From Candidatus Poribacteria bacterium (GTDB taxonomy: Bacteria > Poribacteria > WGA-4E > WGA-3G), in assembly GCA_964291315.2 (NCBI GenBank), contig OZ219753.1:1920001-1984000 (forward strand): a stretch of DNA of 64,000 nt, written 5' to 3'. A program made the position numbers and the translations under genes. Shown in pieces: positions 8,556 to 18,902 of this stretch. Numbering within the stretch: the stretch's first letter is position 1; each line of letters begins with the position of its first letter. Below the pieces are notes generated by a model that was given only the letters and a program-made list of their open reading frames with translations, was not told where the DNA came from and searched no databases.

Positions 8556-10967
8556 TCAAGAAACCAAGCTCTCGGTTAGATCCTTTAAGAGAGCATCTAA
8601 ACCCTCCCCAAAAAGCTCATAGATTTTCGCACCGTTCCCCAACTCTACAAAAGGCGGATCCTCAAAGTCGGACCTCCGAATATCAAGCGAAGTGGCAATA
8701 TGATCCCGTATCATCCCCAGCCACTCTCTTTGTTCATCTGTGATGTTTTTCCCATGCAACCATTCAACAAAACGACGATTCACCGTCTGCCTGAAAGGCT
8801 CCAGAAAACCGTTCTCTCCTACGGCATACCGCACGAGAGAAATAAGATCCATACGCTGCTCCGTATCTCCGCGAACGTTTTCTGGATACCGTCTTTTGTA
8901 GGCCAACCATACCGCCTCGCGACTCAAACTGTTTGAATGCCCTTGCAAAGCCTCCTCTAACGTTTTCAAGTTGCCCTCGCTTAGCCGCCCGCTCGCCCCT
9001 GGCACCCTACACAGAATTTGCAACGCTGATAATTCCGCTACATTTTCATTAATAAACGCTTTAAAGGCGTGCAGCACCGCAGCCACCTGCGTGAAACTTT
9101 GATCGTCAAAACCGGCGCCAATCACCCGATCCTCGCTAATATCGTCAATTAACTGGTCCGGATCTCTCCTCGGTACGTCGCTTGCATCAGCTGGAGGCGG
9201 TGCATCCGAAAGCGGTTGCGAATCCGTTTTGACAGACTCAATGACACCGACAGCATCAACAACGATAAAATGCGTCTTGCCAACCGCATCACCCGTGACA
9301 GCCCGCAAATCGTCACGACTAATGACGCGCACCCCGCGCCCAATCATCTGCTCAAAATAGCCGCTAGAACGCACAACACGCATAAAAACCAAACATTCAA
9401 GCGGTTTTATATCCGTACCCGTAGAAATCATATCCACACTCACCACGATCCGCGGATTTAATTGTGTCCGAAAACTTCTGATCAAATCCTCCGGCCTATC
9501 GCTCTGATACGTAATCTTTTGGCAGAACGCATCCCCCTTCGCGAACACCTCCCGAACAATACCCACAATATCCTCGGCATGCGTATCGTCTTTCGCAAAA
9601 ATAAGCGTCTTCGGAACAATACCTCTGCTCGGGAAAAGGTCACTAAAAAGTTTATCCTTGAACGTCTGAATCACCTTCCGAATTTGGTCTACGGCAACCA
9701 CATCCCGATCCAACTGGTGCCCCGTATATTCAACATCAGCATCCAATTCATCCCAATGGAGGCGACGGCTCTCCTTCTCTCGCCTTGCCACATAATGCCC
9801 GGCTCCAACCACGCCGCCGCTTCGTGTAATCTCGGTCTGAATCTGATAAACGTAGTAACCAACATTTACATCGTCTGCAACCGCCTCCTCATGCCGGTAT
9901 TCATAAACAAGGTTGTGATCAAAAAATCCGACAGTCTGTCTATACGGGGTTGCAGTGAGTCCAATGATAAACGCGTCGAAGTATGTGAGCACATGCTGCC
10001 ACTTCCCGTAAATAGAACGGTGACACTCATCCACGATGATAACATCGAAGGTATCCATCGGAATTGACGGATTATACGCAACCTCCAGCGTCTGCTCGTC
10101 TTCATGTTCAAACGCAGAGGCCTCCTCAGCGTCTGTTTCGTACGTGGTTTCCCCTTTTAACATGGCGTAGAGACGTTGGATAGTCGTGATACAGACCGCA
10201 GTGGCCTCATCAATAACGTTGCTGGAGAGGTGTTGAACGTTGTAAAGTTCCGTAAATCTTCTGCCATCGTCAGACGTTGTATAATTCTCGAACTCGTTGA
10301 GCGTTTGTCTACCCAAGTTCCGCCGGTCTACAAGAAACAACACCCGTTTGACCCCGGCGAATTGGATCAGCCGATAGGCGGCAGTCACAGCAGCGTGTGT
10401 TTTCCCGCTACCCGTCGCCATCTGGATTAACGCCCGAGGCCGCGACTCTTTTAAAGAGACTTCAAGCTGCGTTATCGCCTCAAATTGGCACGCTCTCAGC
10501 GATCCTTTCTCTAACGGCGGTAAATCCGCCTTAAGTCTCTCCCGAAGAGTCCTCGGCTCAACCGCCCGACGAGACAACGTATCCGGGGTATGGAACGTGA
10601 ATACCCGGCGCGAATTCGCATCTGGATCCCGAACATCACAGAAGTAGGTCTCAACGCCCGTTGACGCATACGAAAACGGCACATTAGCAAAACGTTTTAA
10701 GCCATCCGGTAAACTGGCACGATACCGAGCCGCCTGCTGAATGCCCCCACTGAGCGTTGTCCCCTCCGCTTTCGCTTCTATAACGCCCACAGCAGTCCTA
10801 TTGATAAAAAGCAGGTAATCCGCTCGATAACCGGATTTCAACGGATACTCGCGCACCGCAACCCCACCCGCAGCAGCCGGGGCACACCCAGCATAATCTT
10901 CTATCAGCCATCCCGTAGCTGCCAGCATACTGTCTATCTTATCTCTTGCTTTCTCTTCAGGAGTCAT
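8556..10967 (-). CDS. hsdR: Type I R-M restriction subunit (EcoEI/EcoKI-like)
   Basis: ADYLL..VIEAK nuclease motif, MATGSGKT Walker A, DECH, QMIGRG. Start placed at MTPEEKARDKID. Confidence 0.92.
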   Translation of the reverse strand: MTPEEKARDKIDSMLAATGWLIEDYAGCAPAAAGGVAVREYPLKSGYRADYLLFINRTAVGVIEAKAEGTTLSGGIQQAARYRASLPDGLKRFANVPFSYASTGVETYFCDVRDPDANSRRVFTFHTPDTLSRRAVEPRTLRERLKADLPPLEKGSLRACQFEAITQLEVSLKESRPRALIQMATGSGKTHAAVTAAYRLIQFAGVKRVLFLVDRRNLGRQTLNEFENYTTSDDGRRFTELYNVQHLSSNVIDEATAVCITTIQRLYAMLKGETTYETDAEEASAFEHEDEQTLEVAYNPSIPMDTFDVIIVDECHRSIYGKWQHVLTYFDAFIIGLTATPYRQTVGFFDHNLVYEYRHEEAVADDVNVGYYVYQIQTEITRSGGVVGAGHYVARREKESRRLHWDELDADVEYTGHQLDRDVVAVDQIRKVIQTFKDKLFSDLFPSRGIVPKTLIFAKDDTHAEDIVGIVREVFAKGDAFCQKITYQSDRPEDLIRSFRTQLNPRIVVSVDMISTGTDIKPLECLVFMRVVRSSGYFEQMIGRGVRVISRDDLRAVTGDAVGKTHFIVVDAVGVIESVKTDSQPLSDAPPPADASDVPRRDPDQLIDDISEDRVIGAGFDDQSFTQVAAVLHAFKAFINENVAELSALQILCRVPGASGRLSEGNLKTLEEALQGHSNSLSREAVWLAYKRRYPENVRGDTEQRMDLISLVRYAVGENGFLEPFRQTVNRRFVEWLHGKNITDEQREWLGMIRDHIATSLDIRRSDFEDPPFVELGNGAKIYELFGEGLDALLKDLTESLVS

Positions 10968-11036
10968 CGCACAGTTCCGGTAGGCGCACACCCAACCTTT
11001 ATCTGCTAACATGAAATACGGGCAAGGCAGCTCTTT

Positions 11037-11061
11037 TGTAGCATAACCTGTTAGGTTGGAC
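11037..11061 (+). repeat. GTAG-type REP-like palindrome
   Basis: tGTAGCATAACCTGTTAGGTT; same family as the copies at 13.1, 29.4 and 49.0 kb. Confidence 0.55.
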
Positions 11062-11143
11062 AATTTACCTGCTAACCATAAGATAGGGGCAGGCAAAAGC
11101 ATAGAACAGAGAAACCCGCCCCTATCCGCCCACTTAGGCATCT

Positions 11144-11899
11144 TTAAACATTACACACATCAAACGCATGCTGCATCGCCTCAAACGCATCGCCCTTCGG
11201 GCCAAACTCATGCCCAACGTAAAGCTCATACCCCGTATCGACGATCGCACGCATCACAGCCGGATAGTAAATCTCTTGCTCGTCATCGAGATCGTGACGA
11301 CCCGGATTACCCGCTGTATGATAATGCCCAATGTATTCACTATAGTCCGTGATGTTCCGAATGAGGTCGCCCTCCATGATCTGCATGTGGTAGATGTCGT
11401 AAAGCAGCTGCGCCCGCGGCGAACCAACCCCTTTACAAACCTCAACGCCCCATGCTGTCTTATCGCACTGATAATCCGGATGGTTAACCTTACTATTGAG
11501 CAGCTCAATACACAGGTTGATACCCTTCTCTTCAGCAGCTTTCGTAACGCGGGACAAGCCCTCTATCGTGTTATCACGACCCTCTTCTTCCGACCTGCCC
11601 TCCCGGTTACCAGAAAAACAGATGAGCCCCGGAATATCGTTCTCCGCTGCAATATCAATATTTCGAAGAAGCTCATCTTCAATCCGAGCATGGTTACTCG
11701 GATCGTTTAAGCCCGACGGAAGCGAAGCGTGACCCACTATAATCGCAACACGCATCCCATGATCCTTCACCACAGGCCAATACTCTGCAGGAAGCATCTC
11801 AACCGATTTATAACCGATCTCAGCAGCTCGCTTGATAACCGCAACAGGATCCCTGCCACGACTGAAACCACCAAAACAGATAGACTGATTAATTGGCAT
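11144..11899 (-). CDS. Hydroxypyruvate isomerase-family TIM-barrel protein
   Basis: ELLNSKVNHPDY, LLYDIYHMQIMEGD, HYHTAGNPGRH. Confidence 0.85.
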   Translation of the reverse strand: MPINQSICFGGFSRGRDPVAVIKRAAEIGYKSVEMLPAEYWPVVKDHGMRVAIIVGHASLPSGLNDPSNHARIEDELLRNIDIAAENDIPGLICFSGNREGRSEEEGRDNTIEGLSRVTKAAEEKGINLCIELLNSKVNHPDYQCDKTAWGVEVCKGVGSPRAQLLYDIYHMQIMEGDLIRNITDYSEYIGHYHTAGNPGRHDLDDEQEIYYPAVMRAIVDTGYELYVGHEFGPKGDAFEAMQHAFDVCNV

Positions 11900-11998
11900 A
11901 ATCCCCTCTTTCTCTCTTACGCTTAAATCAAATTAAAAAAATTAGAAGGCATGCTCCGGCCCGCTGCAAGCGCAACGCCTCATGCCTACGTGTTATCT

Positions 11999-12964
11999 CT
12001 ACAGGTCTACCGCCTTACCCGTCCGGAAAGACGTGCTCGCTGCAAGCATAATGCGCAGCGTCTCTAACGCATCGCTATACGGAGATAGAATCTGTGAACC
12101 ATCCCCACTCTTCACAGCATCAATGAAAACACGATCCCGATCCTGACCGCCCTCGTTAGAAAGCGACTCCGTCTCGCCCCCGCGATTCACATTGTTCGAG
12201 CCACCCACAGTGACAACCAATCCACGCGTGAACACCTCAAGGTGAACACGACCGAAACCTTCCATCGCGCAACAAGAAGCGATGTTCGCCACAGCCCCAT
12301 TTTTAAACGCAATGTTCACCATGCTGATATCGTCCACATCGTAGTTCTCCACATGCGTCATGCTACCGCTCGCAGCGACACCGTGCACAGTTTCACCATC
12401 ACTGCCAACAAGGAAACGCGCAAGATCAAAAATATGCGTCGTCTGCTCAACATGCTGACCACCCGACTGCGCACGAACACGCCACCACGGCGTACCAGGC
12501 ATCCCGCCCATCCAATAACCGAGCGCACCCAGAACCTGCGGCTGATCTTCAAGCAGCGCCTTCGCATGCTGAGCATTGCCACCATAACGCCAATGATACC
12601 CAACACTCGTGATCACACCGCTCCGCTCAATGTCTTCGTTGATAATAAGCGCGGGTTCTAATTCACTGTGAATCGGCTTCTCAATGAACATCGCAACGCC
12701 TTGTTCACAAGCAATCCGCTCCTGTTCACCATGCGCAAAAGGCGGCGTGCAAATGTAAACCGCATCCAGATCCTCGCTCTCATACATCACACGATAGTCA
12801 CTGTAAGCATTCCCACCAAATTCCGCAGCACGCTGTTTCGCACGCTCCTCGGAAATATCGCACATCGCAGAAAACTCAACATCCTCAAAATTATCCTTAA
12901 GATTACGCATGTGCGCACTTGCCATACCGCCGGTTCCAATAAAACCGAGTTTCACTTTATCCAT
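11999..12964 (-). CDS. Gfo/Idh/MocA oxidoreductase
   Basis: GFIGTGGMA Rossmann fold and FIEKP motif. Confidence 0.9.
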   Translation of the reverse strand: MDKVKLGFIGTGGMASAHMRNLKDNFEDVEFSAMCDISEERAKQRAAEFGGNAYSDYRVMYESEDLDAVYICTPPFAHGEQERIACEQGVAMFIEKPIHSELEPALIINEDIERSGVITSVGYHWRYGGNAQHAKALLEDQPQVLGALGYWMGGMPGTPWWRVRAQSGGQHVEQTTHIFDLARFLVGSDGETVHGVAASGSMTHVENYDVDDISMVNIAFKNGAVANIASCCAMEGFGRVHLEVFTRGLVVTVGGSNNVNRGGETESLSNEGGQDRDRVFIDAVKSGDGSQILSPYSDALETLRIMLAASTSFRTGKAVDL

Positions 12965-13080
12965 ATTTTCTCCTTAAAAATGTAGATAGTTGGAAAAATC
13001 CCTAAATTTTCAAATATAGTTTAGCAAACGCAGCGGTTATATAGCAACTATTTTTTTCAGGTTGTGCTATAATACTTTAA

Positions 13081-13238
13081 AATAACGTGAGTTTGAAAAA
13101 ATGTGAATCGGGTTTTCTTGTAGCATAAGCTGCTCGCGTAGCATAGACTGTCCGTCTGTGCCTCTTTAGTTTCATTCTCTTGGGCAAGAGACCCTTCATC
13201 TAAAGATGAACCCAATAATTATCACGCTCGCGTTTAAA
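13081..13238. repeat. MITE-like intergenic element containing REP copies and hairpins
   Basis: Imperfect terminal inverted repeats (TAACGTGAGTTTGA / TCACGCTCGCGTTT) enclose GTAGCATAGACTGTCCGTCTGTGC and two short hairpins. Confidence 0.4.
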
Positions 13239-13290
13239 TAGGCTGTCGAACCGGCAGCCGATCCCCAAAAACCAAACATGGAGGAACACA

Positions 13291-14085
13291 ATGAATTTCA
13301 AATTTGGATATAGCACGTTACGCTGGCAAACCCCAGATTTTGAGGAACTATTGACCCAACTCAAAGACGCAGGTTGGGACGGCTGGGAGATGCGTCAATC
13401 CTTAGATTGGGTCGGAACACCGCAACGTATCCGACAAATATGCAACAATGTCGAGCTACCCATCGCTGCCGTGACCGCACGCGGGCTCCCTATCGATAAA
13501 AACAGAGAACAAATGGAACTCAATAAGCGACGTATCGACTTCGCCGCAGAAGTCGAAGCAGACTGCTTCATGTTCATGGGCGCAGCAAAACCTAAAAACC
13601 GCCCAGTGAATAACACAGACCTCGCCGCACTCGCCGATGTCTCCGAAACATGGGCAGAATACGCCGAACAATACGGACTACACGTCTGTTATCATATACA
13701 TACCAACACCACCGTCGATTCCATCGCACACTGGGCAAAATACATGAGCCTCCTCCGAAAATGTAAACTCTGCATAGACGTATCACACTCCGCCCTCTGG
13801 GGATATGACCCCATCGAGTCCATTCACCGTTATAGCGATGCCCTCGTCTACGTCCACCTTCAAGACTATTGTAACGTCACCGGCGGCAAAAACCACACAC
13901 CTTACGAAGTCAGCTGGGTCGACATCGGCACAGGCACTGCCATGGATTTCCCTGGCATCATGTCTACACTTCAAAAACTCAAATACGACCGATGGATTAC
14001 AGCATGCCCCGGACAAGTCGAAGAACGCTCGGACATCGAACGCATGAGAATCAACCGCGAGTACCTACGCCAATTGGGCTACTAA
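13291..14085 (+). CDS. Sugar phosphate isomerase/epimerase (xylose isomerase-like TIM barrel)
   Basis: GWDGWE, YHIH, LCIDVSH, YVHLQD, DIGTG; GGAGG RBS. Confidence 0.8.
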   Translation: MNFKFGYSTLRWQTPDFEELLTQLKDAGWDGWEMRQSLDWVGTPQRIRQICNNVELPIAAVTARGLPIDKNREQMELNKRRIDFAAEVEADCFMFMGAAKPKNRPVNNTDLAALADVSETWAEYAEQYGLHVCYHIHTNTTVDSIAHWAKYMSLLRKCKLCIDVSHSALWGYDPIESIHRYSDALVYVHLQDYCNVTGGKNHTPYEVSWVDIGTGTAMDFPGIMSTLQKLKYDRWITACPGQVEERSDIERMRINREYLRQLGY

Positions 14086-14232
14086 TCCCTATATCACCAG
14101 CAGCACTCATAACCACCATGCTCCGAACCTACACTATTACAAGCATTCAAGGCAGCTTCTCAAGCCGGGAATACAGTGCCAAATACCGAATAAAATTCTG
14201 AAAACCCAACCCACCCATAGGAGATAAAGTGT

Positions 14233-16053
14233 ATGAACAAACCAGCGGCAGAAATCCGCTCCATTCTGGCAACCGATTGCGGCAGCACAACAACAAAGGC
14301 CATCCTCATTGAAAAACGAGGAAACCAATATCAACTCATCGTCCGCGGCGAAGCACCCACCACTGTCGAAACCCCCGTCGAAGACGTAACAGCCGGCGTT
14401 ATCAACGCCATCACTGAAGTCGAGGAACTCGCCGGACGAAAACTCCTCCATAAGGGCGGCATCCTCAAACCCCAACACGGAGACGAAGGCGTCGATATTT
14501 ACATATCAACCAGCAGCGCCGGCGGCGGACTCCAAATGATGGTAGCAGGCGTCGTACGAAACCTCACAGCAGAAAGCGCCGAACGCGCCGCACTCGGCGC
14601 AGGCGCAATTGTCATGGACGTTATCGCCTCCAACGACAAGCGACTCCCACACCAAAAAATAGAACGCATCCGACACCTACGCCCCGACATGCTACTCCTC
14701 TCCGGCGGCGTTGACGGCGGAACAACCTCACACGTCGTCGAACTCGCAGAAATTATCGCAGCCGCACGCCCAAGACCCCGATTGGGCAACGCTTATGAAC
14801 TCCCACTCATCTACGCAGGAAACAAAGACGCACGCCAAGCCGTCCAAGAACGACTACACAACCTGATGACCCTAGAGATTGTGGAAAACCTAAGACCCGT
14901 CTTAGAACGCGAAAACCTCATGCCGACTCGCCATAAAATCCAAGACCAATTCTTGGAACACGTCATGGCACACGCCCCCGGCTACAAAAAATTAATCCAA
15001 TGGACAGACGCACCAATTATACCCACACCCGGAGCCGTCGGCGAAATTATACAGACCGTCGCCGCACAACAAAATATCGCCGTCGTCGGCGTCGATATCG
15101 GCGGCGCAACAACCGACGTCTTCTCTGTTTTTAAAAACCAAGCAGATCAACCCATCTTTAACCGAACCGTCAGCGCCAACCTCGGCATGAGCTACAGCGT
15201 CTCAAACGTCCTCGCCGAAGCCGGCATCCAAAACGTTCTCCGCTGGGTACCCTTCGATATTGAAGTCGGCGACCTCCGAAACAGAATCAAAAATAAAATG
15301 ATCAGACCAACCACAATCCCACAAACCTTGCAAGAGCTCATCCTCGAACAAGCAATCGCACGAGAAGCACTCCGCCTCGCTTTTCAACAGCACAAGCAAC
15401 TCGCAGTCGAATTGCGCGGCGTCCAACAACAACGCACCATCTCCGAAGCCTTCGCTCAAACCGAAAGCGGCCAAACCCTCGTCGATATGATCGACCTAGA
15501 CATGATCGTCGGAAGCGGCGGCGTCTTATCACACGCACCCCGCCGTCAACAAGCCATGATCATGATGATAGACGCTTTCCAACCCGAAGGTATAACCCGC
15601 CTTGCCGTCGACAGTATCTTCATGATGCCCCAACTCGGCGCACTCGCACAAGTCAATCCCGAAGCCGCTACCCAAGTCTTCGAACGAGACTGCCTCGTCC
15701 ATCTCGGCACTTGCATCTCCCCCATCGGCACCGGCAAGCCAGGAGAACAGTGTCTCTCTGTCGAACTCAACCTCCCAGGGAAACCCCCTATCGTTCAGGA
15801 CGTACCTTACGGCGAAATCCAGCTCTATCCGCTCGAATCAGGTCAAAAAGCAGCAGTAAAACTCCAACCCGCACGACGATCTGACCTCGGCGCCGGGAAC
15901 GGCACCCAAATCGAGACAGAAGTGATCGGCGGCGTTGTCGGAGTAGTTATTGATACCCGCGGGAGACCCCTCGAAATCCCAACCGATTCCAATCAGCGAG
16001 TCACACAGCTGACAAAGTGGCAAGCCGCATTAGATGCATATTCCTCACCCTAA
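14233..16053 (+). CDS. GlmL/MutL (methylaspartate mutase accessory) family ASKHA ATPase
   Basis: TDCGSTTTK, SSAGGGL, VDIGGATTDV. Confidence 0.8.
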   Translation: MNKPAAEIRSILATDCGSTTTKAILIEKRGNQYQLIVRGEAPTTVETPVEDVTAGVINAITEVEELAGRKLLHKGGILKPQHGDEGVDIYISTSSAGGGLQMMVAGVVRNLTAESAERAALGAGAIVMDVIASNDKRLPHQKIERIRHLRPDMLLLSGGVDGGTTSHVVELAEIIAAARPRPRLGNAYELPLIYAGNKDARQAVQERLHNLMTLEIVENLRPVLERENLMPTRHKIQDQFLEHVMAHAPGYKKLIQWTDAPIIPTPGAVGEIIQTVAAQQNIAVVGVDIGGATTDVFSVFKNQADQPIFNRTVSANLGMSYSVSNVLAEAGIQNVLRWVPFDIEVGDLRNRIKNKMIRPTTIPQTLQELILEQAIAREALRLAFQQHKQLAVELRGVQQQRTISEAFAQTESGQTLVDMIDLDMIVGSGGVLSHAPRRQQAMIMMIDAFQPEGITRLAVDSIFMMPQLGALAQVNPEAATQVFERDCLVHLGTCISPIGTGKPGEQCLSVELNLPGKPPIVQDVPYGEIQLYPLESGQKAAVKLQPARRSDLGAGNGTQIETEVIGGVVGVVIDTRGRPLEIPTDSNQRVTQLTKWQAALDAYSSP

Positions 16054-16251
16054 GGCAACCTTCTAGCAATTCCGTAAATTTATTTTATTTGACAAATTTT
16101 TATTAAAAATATAAGATATGCGTGTAATGTGGAAATTTTCCACTAACCTTTGAAAAATACCAGATGTTTTCTGGTTTAAACCCCTCGGTGAATCCAAATT
16201 TTGCTTAGGTTCACCAAACTGTATTACAAAACGCAAAGGAGACAAATTTTA

Positions 16252-17085
16252 ATGAAAAGCTTTTATCTATGGACAATAGGAATCGCCACGATCCTACTAC
16301 TCCCTATCGCAACCTTACAACCCGTATTCGCACAAGCAAACGATATCGTCGGAGGCCCCTTGAAAAAAGACGAACTCATGGAAGACCCACAACCCAACGC
16401 TGACGGCCAGAGAGAGAGTCACAATGACGTTGATACGTGGATTACCAAGTGGTACGGCCCCGACGGCAATTACGAAAACAATGGAGGGTTTCCCGCCTCC
16501 GCACCCAAAGACCTGATCGACGAAGGCACTGGCGGTAAATTGACGCAAGTCAAACTTTCCACAAGTGCAGGATTACAGCTCACCCAAACCGTTGATATGA
16601 AATGGAAGGGAGCGAACGGCGGAACTCGAAAATGGACCGTCTTTGAGCTCGACCCCGCAGACGGAAACAACATGAACCGGGGCGGTCCCGTAGATAACAT
16701 TGACACTTATGGGATTATCGTCCTTAACTCGCCTGCCGCCCAAAAAGCCATCATGTCCCCCGCACACGACGATCACGCCCAAATTTGGATCAACGGCGAA
16801 AAGTGGTACAATAACTCCAAATGGACAGGCGCAGCACAAACAGTGCTTCACAACGTCGAAATTGACTTGAAAAAAGGAGCTAACATCCTCCTCTACCGAG
16901 TCGGCGAATCAGGCGGATCCGCTTATATCAACCTCCATTTTGATGAAGACACCCACAAATCCGTTAAAATCTATCCAGACAAATCCGACGACCAAGACAG
17001 CTTCTTTCAAGAAATCCAAGGAGTACTTGATGTCGAACCGAAAGGTAAGCTCACAACCGTTTGGGCAGACGTTAAACGGAAATAA
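16252..17085 (+). CDS. Secreted hypothetical protein (beta-sandwich-like), paralog 1, with C-terminal KLTTVWADVK tail
   Basis: AGGAGA RBS, signal-peptide-like N-terminus, high similarity to the next ORF. Confidence 0.75.
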   Translation: MKSFYLWTIGIATILLLPIATLQPVFAQANDIVGGPLKKDELMEDPQPNADGQRESHNDVDTWITKWYGPDGNYENNGGFPASAPKDLIDEGTGGKLTQVKLSTSAGLQLTQTVDMKWKGANGGTRKWTVFELDPADGNNMNRGGPVDNIDTYGIIVLNSPAAQKAIMSPAHDDHAQIWINGEKWYNNSKWTGAAQTVLHNVEIDLKKGANILLYRVGESGGSAYINLHFDEDTHKSVKIYPDKSDDQDSFFQEIQGVLDVEPKGKLTTVWADVKRK

Positions 17086-17125
17086 AACCGAAAAGCGCCC
17101 TATTTTTCAGCTCACCATAATTCGC

Positions 17126-17155
17126 TTGACAAGCTGACACATAGGACGTTATAAT
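17126..17155 (+). promoter_or_regulatory. Sigma70-like promoter followed by an inverted repeat
   Basis: TTGACA-18bp-TATAAT, then the hairpin GTTATAAGGCGCT-gtttg-AGCGTCTTATAAC at 17161-17191. Confidence 0.6.
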
Positions 17156-17272
17156 AACAAGTTATAAGGCGCTGTTTGAGCGTCTTATAACCGAAAGAAA
17201 ATTAGGGAGCAACCAACGCAACCTAATTATGTCTAACCTTTAATCAATCTAAAAAAAGGACGTAGTACCAGA

Positions 17273-18106
17273 ATGAAAAGATTTGATACCTTAGCACTCA
17301 CAATCGTGACGGTCTTCGCGTTAAGTATGACCTTATCACACCTCGCATTCTCACAGGCCAACCTCATCCAGGGCGGACCGCTAGCTGAAGACATGCTCCT
17401 AGAAGACCCCGAACCTAACGCCGACACACAGAGAGAAGACCGCAGCGCCGTAGACACCTGGATCACCAAGTGGTACGGACCCGACGGCAACTATGAGGAA
17501 AACGGCGGCTTCGCAACTTCAGCACCAATGGACCTGATCGACGAAGGCACCGGCGGCACACTCAACCAAGCATCGCTCTCAACCCTCAATGGACTCCTCA
17601 TGACGCAAGACATGGTCGTGGAATGGGGCGACGACCACGGCGGCCCAAGAAACTGGTCCGTTTTTGAAATCGACCCCACCGACGGAAATAACATGAACCG
17701 TGAGGGACCCGCGGATAACTTCGATGGATACGGGATTATCGTCATCGATTCACCCAGCGATATGACTGCTATCATGTCGCCCGCACATGATGACCACGCA
17801 CAAATCTGGATCAACGGCGAAAAATGGTACAACAACTCCCGATGGACAGGCGCAGCACAAACAATCCTTCACGATGTCGAAGTTGAATTGCAAAAAGGTG
17901 CCAACGTTCTCGTCTACCGACTCGGCGAATCAGGCGGGTCTGCATACTTGAACTTGCACTTTGATGCCGCAACAACCGATGCGGTTACCATCTATCCACA
18001 CGATGCAACCGATCAAGCCAGCTTCTTCGACGAAATCCTCCCACTGGCTGCCGTCGAAGCCACCGGAAAACTAACCACTACCTGGGCAGATATCAAACGC
18101 AAGTAG
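17273..18106 (+). CDS. Secreted hypothetical protein, paralog 2, with C-terminal KLTTTWADIK tail
   Basis: Shares VDTWITKWYGPDGNYE and MSPAHDDHAQIWINGEKWYNNS with paralog 1. Confidence 0.75.
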   Translation: MKRFDTLALTIVTVFALSMTLSHLAFSQANLIQGGPLAEDMLLEDPEPNADTQREDRSAVDTWITKWYGPDGNYEENGGFATSAPMDLIDEGTGGTLNQASLSTLNGLLMTQDMVVEWGDDHGGPRNWSVFEIDPTDGNNMNREGPADNFDGYGIIVIDSPSDMTAIMSPAHDDHAQIWINGEKWYNNSRWTGAAQTILHDVEVELQKGANVLVYRLGESGGSAYLNLHFDAATTDAVTIYPHDATDQASFFDEILPLAAVEATGKLTTTWADIKRK

Positions 18107-18127
18107 ATATCTTCTCCTATTTTTCGC

Positions 18128-18157
18128 AGGCGCGCTCACACAGCGCGCCTTTTTTGT
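18128..18157 (+). terminator. Rho-independent terminator
   Basis: AGGCGCGCT-cacac-AGCGCGCCT followed by a T-tract. Confidence 0.75.
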
Positions 18158-18272
18158 TCTCATGTCCAAATCGCGCACAACGCTTGACAAATGCAAATCA
18201 ATACGTTAAAATATCTTCCAGCCAATCCACACAACCAACAAGCACACGCGCAAAAACAACAGGTGACACCGC

Positions 18273-18902
18273 ATGCAGAACAAGTGGCTCATAATTTACG
18301 CCTCGATCCTCTTATCCACCGCCTTGATCGGATGGGGCAGCGGATGGACACGCTTCGTGAAAACCGGCAACGAAGCATATTCGCACGCACGTTACGACGA
18401 AGCACATACCGCTTTTCAGCAAGCAACCCTTGAAAACACCGACAACCCCATTCCACCTTACAACCTCGGCACCGCACTCTATAAAAAACATAGATTTCAA
18501 GAGGCAACCCGCGCATTTCAGGAAGCACTCTCAAGACACAGCACGCAGACCGAAGACCTCCCACATCTCGCGGATATCTATTACAATCTGGGAAACGCCC
18601 AATTTAAAATGGGCGACCTCAGAGATTCCATCGAATCTTACAAACACACTCTCCGATTGAATCCACAAGACACCGATGCCCAATACAACCTCGCATTGGC
18701 ACAGCAACTCCTCAGACAGCAGGCTGAAGCACCACAACAGCAACCGAACGAAAAGGCTGCACACCAAACCGAACCCCGAAAAGGCAGCGAGGCAGAAGCC
18801 CTGCGCCACTTGGAACGTTTGAGTCAGAATGAAAATAGACTACGGCAAAAATTACTACACAAACAGAGCAAAAGTGGGCCTCGGCGTGAAAAAGATTGGT
18901 AA
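18273..18902 (+). CDS. TPR protein, BatC-like
   Basis: YNLGTALY, YYNLGNAQF, AQYNLALA TPR motifs; C-terminal KDW. Confidence 0.75.
   Translation: MQNKWLIIYASILLSTALIGWGSGWTRFVKTGNEAYSHARYDEAHTAFQQATLENTDNPIPPYNLGTALYKKHRFQEATRAFQEALSRHSTQTEDLPHLADIYYNLGNAQFKMGDLRDSIESYKHTLRLNPQDTDAQYNLALAQQLLRQQAEAPQQQPNEKAAHQTEPRKGSEAEALRHLERLSQNENRLRQKLLHKQSKSGPRREKDW

Noticed and set aside
10968-11141. N-terminal extension of HsdR in the ORF track
   Set aside because: It runs through a REP-containing intergenic region; the family-typical start is MTPEEKARD at 10967.
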